This document shows, in pieces, positions 9,049 to 18,213 of a stretch of 64,000 nt of DNA. The position numbers were made by a program, and so were the translations under genes. Location: assembly GCA_947501605.1 (NCBI GenBank), contig CANMWZ010000004.1, forward strand, positions 32,001 through 96,000, given 5' to 3'. Each line of letters starts with the position of its first letter. Positions within the stretch are counted from its first letter, which is position 1. The stretch is from Planctomycetota bacterium. Lineage in GTDB: Bacteria; Planctomycetota; UBA1135; UBA2386. The notes beneath the pieces are model-generated. The model ran no database searches. It worked only from the letters and a program-made list of their open reading frames with translations, and was not told where the DNA came from.

Positions 9049-10437
9049 ATGGTCGACACCACTGCCGAACGCGCCGCGGCGCTGCGCAACTTGCCCGCAG
9101 TCGAACGCCTGCTCCAGAGCCCCGAGTTGGTCGGCGAACCCCGCGCGCTCGTGGCGCGGTGCGCGCGGGCGATGCTCGACGACGCACGAACGCAGGTTCT
9201 CGCGGGCGAACTCGATGGGGCAGCCCTGGCGGCGCGCTTTGGTGGTGACGGGGCTGTGCAGGAGCTTCGCCGGCGCATTGCCAGCGCCCGAGAACGGCGG
9301 CATCGCCGGGTGTGCAATGCCACCGGCATCGTGTTGCACACCGGGCTCGGCCGCGCGCCTCTGTGCGAACTCGCCAAAGAAGCGATCGTTGAAGCGGCCG
9401 GCTACGCGGTCGTCGAGGTTGATCCGGGCACGGGGCAGCGCGACCAACGAGAGCTCGCAATCGCGGCCCTCTTGCGCGAGCTCACCGGTGCTGCTGGCGC
9501 CCTGGTCGTCAACAACAACGCCTCGGCGACGACGCTGGCCCTTGGAGCCCTGTGTTCGGGCCTCGAAGTCGTGGTGTCGCGGGGCGAGCTTGTCGAGATC
9601 GGCGGTGGCTTCCGCATTCCCGACGTGATGAAGCGCGCCGGTTGCCACATGGTCGAAGTGGGTGCGACCAACAAGACCCACCTGCACGACTTCGAGAACG
9701 CGATCACGGCACAGACGCGCGCCTTCCTGAAGGTGCATCCGAGCAACTTCCGTATCGAGGGCTTTGCTGGCGTGCCGCCGTTGCACGAACTCACGAAGCT
9801 GGCGCACAGTCGCGGACTGATCGTCATCGACGATCTCGGTTCCGGTCTCTTGGTGAACGCGCCGCTGCCTGGTCTCGACGGCGAACCGCGCGTGGAGCAG
9901 AGCCTCGCAGCTGGAGCCGACGTTGTGTGCTTCTCGGGCGACAAGCTGCTGGGAGGGCCGCAGTGCGGCGTGCTGCTTGGCGGCAAAGACAAGATCGCGA
10001 CGATGCGCGCCCATCCGCTCTACCGCGCGCTGCGCTGCGACAAGCTGACACTCGCCGCTCTCGAGGCGACGCTGCAGACCTATCGCGATGGCGAACCGCT
10101 GCGCGAGATTCCGGCATTGCACATGCTGTCGGCGACCCCGGACGAGTTGCAGCGACGGAGTGAGGATCTCGCAGCGCTGCTGCCAGCGGGCATCGCGACC
10201 GTCGTCGCGAGTGAGTCGTTTGCCGGTTCCGGCGCCAATCCCGCGAAGCCGCTGCCGAGCTTTGCGGTTGCGCTGCGCGGTGGGGACGCGCTGCTTACAC
10301 GACTGCGCGCGACCCGACCGGTGGCGGTGTTCGCGCGTGTCCACGGCGGCCACGTGCTGCTCGACGCACGCACGCTGCTGCTCGAAGACCTGAATGCGCT
10401 CGCGGCGATCGTCCGCGGCGCCATCTCCTCGTCATGA
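9049..10437 (+). CDS. selA: L-seryl-tRNA(Sec) selenium transferase (selenocysteine synthase)
   Basis: NATGIVLHTGLGRAPL, VNNNA, SRGELVEIGGGFRIPDVM, KVHPSNF, DLGSG, FSGDKLLGGPQ (PLP lysine). Confidence 0.96.
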   Translation: MVDTTAERAAALRNLPAVERLLQSPELVGEPRALVARCARAMLDDARTQVLAGELDGAALAARFGGDGAVQELRRRIASARERRHRRVCNATGIVLHTGLGRAPLCELAKEAIVEAAGYAVVEVDPGTGQRDQRELAIAALLRELTGAAGALVVNNNASATTLALGALCSGLEVVVSRGELVEIGGGFRIPDVMKRAGCHMVEVGATNKTHLHDFENAITAQTRAFLKVHPSNFRIEGFAGVPPLHELTKLAHSRGLIVIDDLGSGLLVNAPLPGLDGEPRVEQSLAAGADVVCFSGDKLLGGPQCGVLLGGKDKIATMRAHPLYRALRCDKLTLAALEATLQTYRDGEPLREIPALHMLSATPDELQRRSEDLAALLPAGIATVVASESFAGSGANPAKPLPSFAVALRGGDALLTRLRATRPVAVFARVHGGHVLLDARTLLLEDLNALAAIVRGAISSS

Positions 10438-11486
10438 CCAAGCCATTGATGAAGCGCCTGACTGAGTACGCATCCGGCTCCGGTTGAGCCGCAAAGTTGC
10501 CGCCAGGGAGCCTCGTGCAGGTTCTCCAAAAGCTGGGAACGACGGACCATCCCGATCTGCTTGCGGGCAACCGCGGCTTCGAGGATGCAGGGATCTTTCG
10601 TATCGACAGCGAACGCGCATTGGTCCAGACGGTCGACTTCTTCCCGCCGATCGTCGACGACCCACGCTGGTTTGGTCGCATTGCCGCGGCCAACGCGCTG
10701 TCGGACGTCTACGCCATGGGCGGCGTCGCCAAGACGGCGATGAACCTTGTCGGTTGGCCGAAGGATCTCGACCTCGACATCCTGGGCGAGATCCTTGCCG
10801 GTGGGCTCGAGAAGATCCGTGAGGCGGGTGCGGTGCTCTGCGGTGGCCATTCGGTCAGCGACGCGGAGATCAAGTATGGCCTGTCGGTGACGGGGCTGGT
10901 GCATCCCCAACAGTGGTGGGCCAACTCCGGCGCGCACGAAGGCGATGTACTCTTGCTGACCAAGCCGCTGGGCATGGGGCCGGTATCGACCGCGATCAAG
11001 CGACTGAAGACAGGCGTGATCGATGTCGAGGCCGCGATGGTGCAGATGGCGACGCTCAATCGCGCCGCCTGCTTGGCGATGGCGGAACTGACGGTGCACG
11101 GAGCGACCGACGTGACCGGCTTTGGTCTGATCGGCCACGCCTTCGAGATGGCAGAAGGCAGCGGCTTCGTACTCGAACTCACGGCCGCCGCGCTGCCCGT
11201 GTTCCCGGGTGCCCGCGATCTCGTTGCGAGCGGGGTGACCTCAGGTGGTTGCAGCCGCGGCAAGCAGTGGTTTGGGCCGCGTGTGAACCTCGGCGCTGGC
11301 GTCGATCCGGCGTTGGCCGACCTGTGTTTCGATGCCGAGACCAGCGGTGGGTTGTTGCTGTCGGTGCCGGCCGCGGTCATGAGCAAGGCGCAACAGCGGC
11401 TCCGCGACGCGGGGGCATTGGCGCACACCGTCGTCGGGGCCTTCCGCGCCCGCCGCGGCGACGAGCCGCTGCTGCAGCTCGCCTGA
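10434..11486 (+). CDS. selD: Selenide, water dikinase (selenophosphate synthetase), selenocysteine-containing (TGA 10485-10487 = Sec18)
   Basis: ATG 10434 overlaps the selA stop (ATGA). Reads MTKPLMKRLTEYASGSG-TGA-AAKLPP in frame with ORF 10497..11486 (VQTVDFFPPIVDDP, AANALSDVYAMGG, GGHS, LTKPLG, TDVTGFGLIGH, ETSGGLL). The TGA sits at the catalytic Cys/Sec position of the U/C-x-x-K motif. Confidence 0.94.
10506..10526 (+). promoter_or_regulatory. Candidate bacterial SECIS hairpin for the selD UGA
   Basis: GGGAGCCU-CGUGC-AGGUUCUC forms an 8-bp stem (2 G-U pairs) with a 5-nt loop with G at position 2; the loop begins about 26 nt after the UGA. Confidence 0.6.
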
Positions 11487-11504
11487 GCGTTTGCGGCTGC
11501 GCGC

Positions 11505-12476
11505 TCAGTCGTCCTTGAGCCAGCGCGTGCCGCTGGCGTCGAGAGTCGGCGCCACAGCCTTGCCGAAATTGCTGAAGTCGACCTTCCAGTAGATCATCGT
11601 CTCGGTGCGACCTGGTTTGCGATCGGGCAAGCCCTTCTTGATCGGCTCCTGGCCAGGCTCGACTGCTTTTTCGTCCAGGGCGCCATCTTTGCCCTCCACG
11701 ACCTCGTCGTCCTCGCCGCCGCCGCCTTCGCCTTCGCCGCCGATCTGGAAGCGCACGTTCTGCAGCATTGGATCGTCCTCGTAGATCTTGGTGCGCAGCC
11801 GCAGCACCTCCCCGTTGTCGATTGCCGTGAAGATCGCAACGTCGATCGAGTAGGTCTTCTTCGGCATCTCACCGCCGAACATGCCCCCGAGCATGAACAT
11901 GCCGCCGCCGCCACCCGTTGGGAGCGCGCCACCGAGTGCCAAATCTTCGGCTGCTTCGTCCGCGAGCCGCAGGGTCAAGATCGCAACGTCGCGGTCCTGT
12001 ACCTTGCCTGCCTCGACGTGCACCACCTGCCGGAAAGACGCGGGCAGTTCCGCGAGTTGGGCGAACAGCAGCCGTGGCGCAACCACGAACGGGGCCGGTG
12101 TGCCCGACGCGAGCTGCGTGCCGCGCAACTTCCAGCCGGCGTCGGTCTCGACGACCATGCGCCCTGCGTGCAGCACAAACTTCGAGCCGTCGAGTTCGCC
12201 CCAGCGGTACTGTTGGTCGAAACCGCCTTCGAGGTGGGTGCCATCACCGCCGCCAATCGGCAGGTTCTGACCGCGGAGCATCGCGAGATCGACTTCTTGG
12301 TCGCTCTGGAACGCGCCGCTCTTCGCCGCCGTCATCGTGGCACAGGCACGCAGCATCATTGCGTTGGCGGCGTCGCTGCGCGCTTCTGGCAACGTCGGCG
12401 CGGTGGTGGTGGCGGGATTTTGGGCCAGTGGCGTGGCAGCAATCAGCGACAAGACAGCAGCGATGGCAATGCGCAT
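11505..12476 (-). CDS. Hypothetical secreted protein
   Basis: Signal peptide MRIAIAAVLSLIAATPLAQ with a GAGG RBS upstream; coherent 323-aa ORF; no family recognised. Confidence 0.7.
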   Translation of the reverse strand: MRIAIAAVLSLIAATPLAQNPATTTAPTLPEARSDAANAMMLRACATMTAAKSGAFQSDQEVDLAMLRGQNLPIGGGDGTHLEGGFDQQYRWGELDGSKFVLHAGRMVVETDAGWKLRGTQLASGTPAPFVVAPRLLFAQLAELPASFRQVVHVEAGKVQDRDVAILTLRLADEAAEDLALGGALPTGGGGGMFMLGGMFGGEMPKKTYSIDVAIFTAIDNGEVLRLRTKIYEDDPMLQNVRFQIGGEGEGGGGEDDEVVEGKDGALDEKAVEPGQEPIKKGLPDRKPGRTETMIYWKVDFSNFGKAVAPTLDASGTRWLKDD

Positions 12477-12641
12477 TGGAACCTCGATGAAGGGGTATGA
12501 GGGAGCGGCCGGCACGATACGGGCTCAGTCGCAGAAAGCTCCGCATCGACAGGCGCCCGCCCAGCTACCGAGCGAACCCACGAGCTTTCCCGGCTTGGCG
12601 TCGAGGCGCGGCGTAGGAGCGCGGCCGATCCGCGCGGCCGA

Positions 12642-13052
12642 TCAGTGCGGCTTCTTCGGCGGCGGCTCGGCGGGCTTCTGTGGCTCGATCTCGCCGGTAC
12701 GTTCTTCCCGTTCCCGTCGCAGGTCCGTCAGCGTGTCGTTGATCTTCAGTACGCCGGCGATGCTGTCGTCGAACTGGAACTCCAAGTGCGGCACCGTACG
12801 CGTGTTGAGCGTGGCGCCGACTTCTCGCTGGACGAAGCCGCGTGCGCGGTTGAGCGCACCGCGCGTGGCGGCCTTCGACTTGTCGTCGCCGAGCACGGAG
12901 TAGAACACCTTGCAGATGGTGAACTCCGAGTCGAGTTCGACGCGGGTGATGGTGACGAGGCCGATCTTCGGATCGCGCAGTTCGCGCATCAGGATCTCGG
13001 CTGTGCGCTGCTGAATCTGGGACTCAAGGCGCTGGATGCGGCGTTCGTTCAT
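12642..13052 (-). CDS. rbfA: Ribosome-binding factor A
   Basis: LRDPKIGLVTITRVEL...ARGFVQREVG...RTVPHLEFQFDDSI; downstream of infB. Confidence 0.95.
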   Translation of the reverse strand: MNERRIQRLESQIQQRTAEILMRELRDPKIGLVTITRVELDSEFTICKVFYSVLGDDKSKAATRGALNRARGFVQREVGATLNTRTVPHLEFQFDDSIAGVLKINDTLTDLRREREERTGEIEPQKPAEPPPKKPH

Positions 13053-13066
13053 CGGGGGGCAGGCTC

Positions 13067-13360
13067 TCAGCGCGGCGTGAAGATCTCGAGCTGGTGGTCG
13101 GACAAGGTGGCGTCCGGCCAGTCGTGCAGCGCATTCAGCAGATGGTCCATCGAACTGTTGAGCTGGGGGATATCGCTACCGGCGACGACGGCGCCAAGTG
13201 TCGCGATCGTGCAGTCATCGAGGTCTTCGATCTCGGAGATCGAGACGTTGAAGGACCGCCGCAGCTTGTCCTTCAACGCCTTCACGACACTGCGCTTGTC
13301 CTTGAGCGAGGCCGCGTAGGGGATCTGCAAAGTGAACTGAAGGACACCGATGTGCAACAC
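13067..13360 (-). CDS. DUF503 (YlxP-like) protein
   Basis: SLKDKRSVVK...FNVSISEI signature, in the usual position between infB and rbfA. Confidence 0.9.
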   Translation of the reverse strand: MLHIGVLQFTLQIPYAASLKDKRSVVKALKDKLRRSFNVSISEIEDLDDCTIATLGAVVAGSDIPQLNSSMDHLLNALHDWPDATLSDHQLEIFTPR

Positions 13361-13402
13361 GGCTGTAAGTCAGCTCCTCGTCGGAGATCCTCTTGGCGCG
13401 GG

Positions 13403-16294
13403 TCAGAGTGTGCGGCGCACCAGGTCGACCTGGCACACTTCGATGATGTCGCCGACGCGAAGATCTTGGAAGTCCAGCAGGGTAAGTCCGCATTCGAAGC
13501 CAGCGCGCACGTCGCGGGCGTCGTCCTTCTCGCGGCGCAAGCTCGCAACCTTGCCGGTGTAGATCACGCGGCTGTCGCGAGAGAGCCGGACCTTGGCGTT
13601 GCGCCTGACGAGGCCGTCGGTGACGTAGCAACCGGCAATGAGGCCGAACTTGCTCGACTTGAACACGGCGCGAACTTCGACGTGGCCCAGGATCGACTCG
13701 ACTTCTTGCGGCTTGAGCGCGCCTTCCATCGCCGCCTTGACGTTGTCGATCAGCTCGTAGATCACGTCGTAGTAGCGGATGTCGACACCGGCGCGTTCGG
13801 CAGCCTGGCGGGCGCTGCTGTCGGCAACGGTGTGGAAGCCAACGATCACTGCGCCCGAGGCCTCGGCAAGGCTGACGTCGGTTTCGTTGATGCCGCCAAG
13901 AGCACTGTGCACGAGGTTGACTCGCACCTCAGGCGTCCGCAGCTCGTCGAGGCACTTGCGCAGCGGTTCGAGCGAACCCATCGCGTCTGCCTTGAGGATG
14001 ATCTTGATCTCCTCGATGTTCCGTTCCGCCAGCTTGGCCGACAGGGTCTCGAGCGTGACCGCGCTGCGTTCGGCCAGCGACTGCTCGCGCAGCCGTCGTT
14101 GCCGGTCCTCGACTACTTCGCGCGCCTTCTTGGCGTCCTCGACGACGAACAGCTTGTCGCCGGGCATCGGCAAGCGATCGAGGCCGAACACCGTTACCGG
14201 CGTCGATGGCGGCGCCTCGGTCAGCTGGTGGCCGTGGTCGTCGACCATGGCGCGCACGCGCGAGAAGCTCTCGCCGCACACGATGGAGTCCTTGAGTCGC
14301 AACGTGCCGTCCGTGACCAGTACGGTGACGACCACGCCTTGCTCGGGCGACTGCTTGCTCTCGACGACCATGCCGCGGCCTGGTGCATCGGGGCGCGCCT
14401 TCAGCTCGAGCTGTCCGGACTCGAGCATGATGCGCTCGATCAGTTGTTCGAGGCCGGTGCGCTTGGTGCTCGACACCTCGATCACGCCCGTGGTGCCGCC
14501 CCATTCTTCGGCCTGGAGGCCCTTCACCATCAACTGCTGCTTCACCTGCATCAGGTTGGCGGCCGGCAAGTCGCACTTGGTGATGGCGACGATCATCGGC
14601 ACCTTGGCTGCCTTGGCGTGGTTGATGGCTTCCTCAGTCTGCGGCATGACGCCGTCGTCAGCGGCGACGACGATCACGACGAGATCGGTCAGCTGGGCGC
14701 CGCGGGCGCGCATTGCCGTGAAGGCCGCGTGGCCAGGCGTGTCGAGGATCACGAAACTGCCCTGCTCACTCGTCACCTTGTAGGCGCCGATGTGCTGCGT
14801 GATGCCGCCGGCTTCGCCCTTGGCGATGTCCGTGTTGCGCAGCGCGTCCATGAGCGACGTCTTGCCATGGTCGACGTGACCCATGAAGGTGACGACCGGC
14901 GCGCGGAGGATCTGTTCTTCCGAAGCTGCGTTTTCGACGAGCTTCTCGATCATCTGCTCTTCGGCCTGCTTGTGCTCGACGATCTTGACCTTGCGGTCGA
15001 GTTCGATCGCAACGAGTTCCACTTCGTCCTGCGACAGGTACGAGTTGATGTTCTTGCCCGGAACCTGGAGCCGGAAGGTCAGCGTCGCAATCAAGTCGTT
15101 GACCTTGATGCCGAGCGCTTCCGAAAGTCCCTTGATGGAGACCGGCGGCGTGACCTCGATCTCCTTGCTCGGATCGAGCGTGGTTGGGACCTTGGTCCGA
15201 CGGGATCCGCGCTGGGCCTGATCGCGGCCTGGGCGTTGGCCCGGGACGCTTGGGCTGCTGCGCCGTTGTGGGCCGCCAACAGGTGCGCGTGTGGCGGAGC
15301 GCTGCGATGTCTTTTGCAGGGCGGCGCGACGCAGGTCCGGGCCCGAGGCGGGCGCCGAACGACTGCGGGCGTCGCGGATCGTCTCCTGCGGCAGGTCGAT
15401 GCGACCGACGACGGTTGCCTTCTTCTGCGGCACCAGCAGCTTGCGCACCGCATTGGGTGCGAGTTGGGCGGCGGCATCGGCCGCGCTGGGTGCGGCCGGT
15501 GGCGGCACGTGGGTGCGCAGCACTGGCATCGGACCGGGACCAGGTCGGCCACCGAGCAGGCGCCCCGCAGGGGCTCCGGCGGGACCGCGGCCCGCTGGCG
15601 GACGGGGCGCTGGGGTTCCTGCTGCGGGTGGCGACGAGGGCTGAACCTTGGCGATCACCGGCGCTTCTGGCGCGATCACCGGCGCTTCAACGACCGGTGC
15701 TGCCGCTTCGACGACGGCGGCAACGGGCGCTTGCCCAGATGGCACCGGCGCCGGCTCGGCCGCTGCGGCAACGCGCGAAGGCGGCTCGGCGGCAACGGGC
15801 GCAGCGGCTTGCGGCGCAAGTTCCGACACCTCGGGCGTGGCGGTAGCCCGCGCCTCGACGACTCCGGCTACTTCATGGGGGGCCGATTCGACCACGGCAG
15901 GAGCGTCGGCGACTTCCTCGTTCGGCCGCAGCGAACGGCGAAGGATGGGCTTGGTCGGCAGCTGCTTCTTGGGCAACTCCGGCAGGTCCTTCAGCTCCCG
16001 TTCCTTCTTGAGGACCTTCTTGGGCAGACCTTCGGCCTCCGCCTCGACATCGGAGTCGTCGGCGCCTGGTAGCTTCTTCTTGAGTTTGCCGGCAGCAGCA
16101 TCCGCCTCCTCGGCGGGCTTGCGACGCAAGCCGTGGGCGTCCAGGCGCGCGAGAACCATCATCTCGTCGGCTGGATCCAGCACCTTCATGTGGTTCGTGA
16201 TGTTCTCGAACCCCATGTCACGCAAGAGCTTCGCCAGCTCGGGACCTTTCATCCCGAGATCTTTGGCGATGTCGAATACGCGTACTTTCTTCAA
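13403..16294 (-). CDS. infB: Translation initiation factor IF-2
   Basis: VRVFDIAKDLG N-domain, long Pro/Ala linker, MGHVDHGKTSL, GGITQHIGAY, DTPGHAAFTAMRARGA, GFECG. TTG start. Confidence 0.98.
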   Translation of the reverse strand: MKKVRVFDIAKDLGMKGPELAKLLRDMGFENITNHMKVLDPADEMMVLARLDAHGLRRKPAEEADAAAGKLKKKLPGADDSDVEAEAEGLPKKVLKKERELKDLPELPKKQLPTKPILRRSLRPNEEVADAPAVVESAPHEVAGVVEARATATPEVSELAPQAAAPVAAEPPSRVAAAAEPAPVPSGQAPVAAVVEAAAPVVEAPVIAPEAPVIAKVQPSSPPAAGTPAPRPPAGRGPAGAPAGRLLGGRPGPGPMPVLRTHVPPPAAPSAADAAAQLAPNAVRKLLVPQKKATVVGRIDLPQETIRDARSRSAPASGPDLRRAALQKTSQRSATRAPVGGPQRRSSPSVPGQRPGRDQAQRGSRRTKVPTTLDPSKEIEVTPPVSIKGLSEALGIKVNDLIATLTFRLQVPGKNINSYLSQDEVELVAIELDRKVKIVEHKQAEEQMIEKLVENAASEEQILRAPVVTFMGHVDHGKTSLMDALRNTDIAKGEAGGITQHIGAYKVTSEQGSFVILDTPGHAAFTAMRARGAQLTDLVVIVVAADDGVMPQTEEAINHAKAAKVPMIVAITKCDLPAANLMQVKQQLMVKGLQAEEWGGTTGVIEVSSTKRTGLEQLIERIMLESGQLELKARPDAPGRGMVVESKQSPEQGVVVTVLVTDGTLRLKDSIVCGESFSRVRAMVDDHGHQLTEAPPSTPVTVFGLDRLPMPGDKLFVVEDAKKAREVVEDRQRRLREQSLAERSAVTLETLSAKLAERNIEEIKIILKADAMGSLEPLRKCLDELRTPEVRVNLVHSALGGINETDVSLAEASGAVIVGFHTVADSSARQAAERAGVDIRYYDVIYELIDNVKAAMEGALKPQEVESILGHVEVRAVFKSSKFGLIAGCYVTDGLVRRNAKVRLSRDSRVIYTGKVASLRREKDDARDVRAGFECGLTLLDFQDLRVGDIIEVCQVDLVRRTL

Positions 16295-16336
16295 GCGGTC
16301 CTTCTTGCGGGTTGGGGTCAGCGCGCGGCTTGCGCC

Positions 16337-17455
16337 TCAGCTGGCAGTAGTGTTCGACGCGGAATCATCATCCGGCGGAGGCGCCGATGCCGGTGGAGCG
16401 GTTCCGAGATCTGAGGCCGCCGCATTCGGGGCCTCGTCGTTGGGGGGCGGGGCAGCATCCGCTGGCGCGGCGCCGTCACCGGACTTCCCGGCAGCGGCTT
16501 GGTCTTCGGCCTCGACACTGCGGGCCAGTTCAGCCTGCGTCATGATGTCGATATCCCATCCGGTCAGCTTGCTGGCCAATCGGACGTTTTGGCCCTTGCG
16601 GCCGATGGCCAGCGACTGCTGGTCCTCGTTGACCAGTACCAGCGCCTTGCGCGATGCCGGGTCGAGTTCGATGTGTGCGACTTCGGCAGGCTTGAGCGCG
16701 TTGGCGATCAGGGCTTGCGGGTCGTCGTTCCAGCGAATGATGTCGATGCGTTCGCCGTTCAACTCGTCGATGATCGACTTGATGCGGGTGCCGCGCACGC
16801 CGACGCAGGCGCCGACGCAGTCGACCTTGCTGTCGGTGCTGTCGACCGCGAGCTTAGTGCGGTAGCCCGGCTCGCGTTCGATGCGCCGGATCTGGATCGT
16901 GCCATCGCTGATTTCGGGGACTTCGAGTTCGAACAGGGCGCGGACCAGATCGCGGTGGGCGCGGCTCAGGATGACCTTTACGCGCGGGCCGACCTTCTTG
17001 ACCTCGAGAATCATCGCGCGAATGCGCTCGCCGACGTTGTACGACTCGCTGCGGACCTTTTCGGCGCGAGGCAGGATGCCTTCGATGTTGCGGCCGAGGT
17101 TGACGATCACGGTGTCGCCCTCAAAACGCTGGATCGTGCCGCCCTGGATCTCGCCGAGTTTTTGTTCGAACTCGTTGTAGATCACGTCGCGTTCGGCTTC
17201 GCGGACGCGGGTCATGATCGCTTGCTTGACCGACATCGCGAAGATTCGGCCCTGCTCCTCCATCGAGACGTCGTAGTTGCAGTCGATATCGCCCGAATCG
17301 CGGTTGAGTGCGAGTTCCACGTCGTCGACGCCGTACTTGCGCGCCAGGGCCTGAGCCATCGCCTGCTCGATTCCCTGGATCAAGGATTCTTTGTCGATCT
17401 CCTTGTCGCGGGCGATCGAATCGATGTAGCGGAGGATGTCGGCTGAGTTCGCCAT
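16337..17455 (-). CDS. nusA: Transcription termination/antitermination factor NusA
   Basis: LFELEVPEISDG, REPGYRTKLAV, GACVGVRGTRI, SLAIGRKGQNVRLASKLTGWDIDI. Start ATG 17455. Confidence 0.97.
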   Translation of the reverse strand: MANSADILRYIDSIARDKEIDKESLIQGIEQAMAQALARKYGVDDVELALNRDSGDIDCNYDVSMEEQGRIFAMSVKQAIMTRVREAERDVIYNEFEQKLGEIQGGTIQRFEGDTVIVNLGRNIEGILPRAEKVRSESYNVGERIRAMILEVKKVGPRVKVILSRAHRDLVRALFELEVPEISDGTIQIRRIEREPGYRTKLAVDSTDSKVDCVGACVGVRGTRIKSIIDELNGERIDIIRWNDDPQALIANALKPAEVAHIELDPASRKALVLVNEDQQSLAIGRKGQNVRLASKLTGWDIDIMTQAELARSVEAEDQAAAGKSGDGAAPADAAPPPNDEAPNAAASDLGTAPPASAPPPDDDSASNTTAS

Positions 17456-17727
17456 CGCCTGGGTGGATCTGGGTTGGTGGGCTCGGGACCGGGACCCAAG
17501 GCTCGAACAGGCGGCAGAGTGCCCGCCCCGCGACTCACATGGTAAGTCTGGGGTCGCGGTCCGAGGGGATCCTGGGGCAGCTGCCGACTGTCCGGGCCAA
17601 AGGCTCGGCAAGTCAGGGCGAGGATGCTAGGTGCCAACACGGCGCGTGGCAAGGACGCAGTCCGCCGAGGATCGCGCAGTCGGTCCTTGTGCCCAGGGCC
17701 AGGAGCGGTACTCGATGTCACCTCGCG

Positions 17728-18201
17728 ATGTCGATTCCTGTGCTCTCGCTGCGTCCGTTCACGGTGGCCGATGCCCCGGTCGTGGGCGCATGGCTCGACG
17801 GTCCTGGGGTCTCGTTGCCGCCTTCCGGCATGGCGGCCAAGTGGGCGGCTCGACTGGTCGGCGACCCGCGCGTCCGCGCCTGGGTCCTATTGGCCGACGC
17901 CCGCCCAGCCGCATTCGTGCGCCTGGATATTGGTCCGGACCGCGTCGCTGAACTGACCATCGCTGTGGCCGTGGGGCACCGGCGCCGAGGACTTGGTGCC
18001 GCGGCGCTCGAAATGGTGCTTGCTCAGGCAAAGGCACTGCGGGTGCGCCGGGTCCAAGCCATCGTCGATGCGGCAAACCAGGCGGCACAGGCGTTCTTCA
18101 CCAAGGCAGGCTTTGAAGAGGGTTCGGCGGACAGTGGCTCCACAACCTTCTTGCGGTGGATTCACGAGGCCGATGTTCGCGTGCTCGAACTCGAGAGCTG
18201 A
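17728..18201 (+). CDS. GNAT family N-acetyltransferase
   Basis: LSLRPF...IAVAVGHRRRGLG...NQAAQAFFTKAGF (acetyl-CoA-binding motif A and motif B). Confidence 0.8.
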   Translation: MSIPVLSLRPFTVADAPVVGAWLDGPGVSLPPSGMAAKWAARLVGDPRVRAWVLLADARPAAFVRLDIGPDRVAELTIAVAVGHRRRGLGAAALEMVLAQAKALRVRRVQAIVDAANQAAQAFFTKAGFEEGSADSGSTTFLRWIHEADVRVLELES

Positions 18202-18213
18202 GAGCGGGGAGCG

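Noticed and set aside
12477..12641. Possible tRNA-Sec (selC) near selA-selD
   Set aside because: No UCA-anticodon cloverleaf or T-loop motif was found here or in the 8934-9048 gap.
13094..16072. 992-aa plus-strand ORF, and similar long antisense ORFs at 28419, 31317, 8653, 60635 and 54233
   Set aside because: These are shadow ORFs opposite well-supported genes (infB, prenyltransferase-repeat gene, mfd, selA, ppx, kinase), caused by high GC3.
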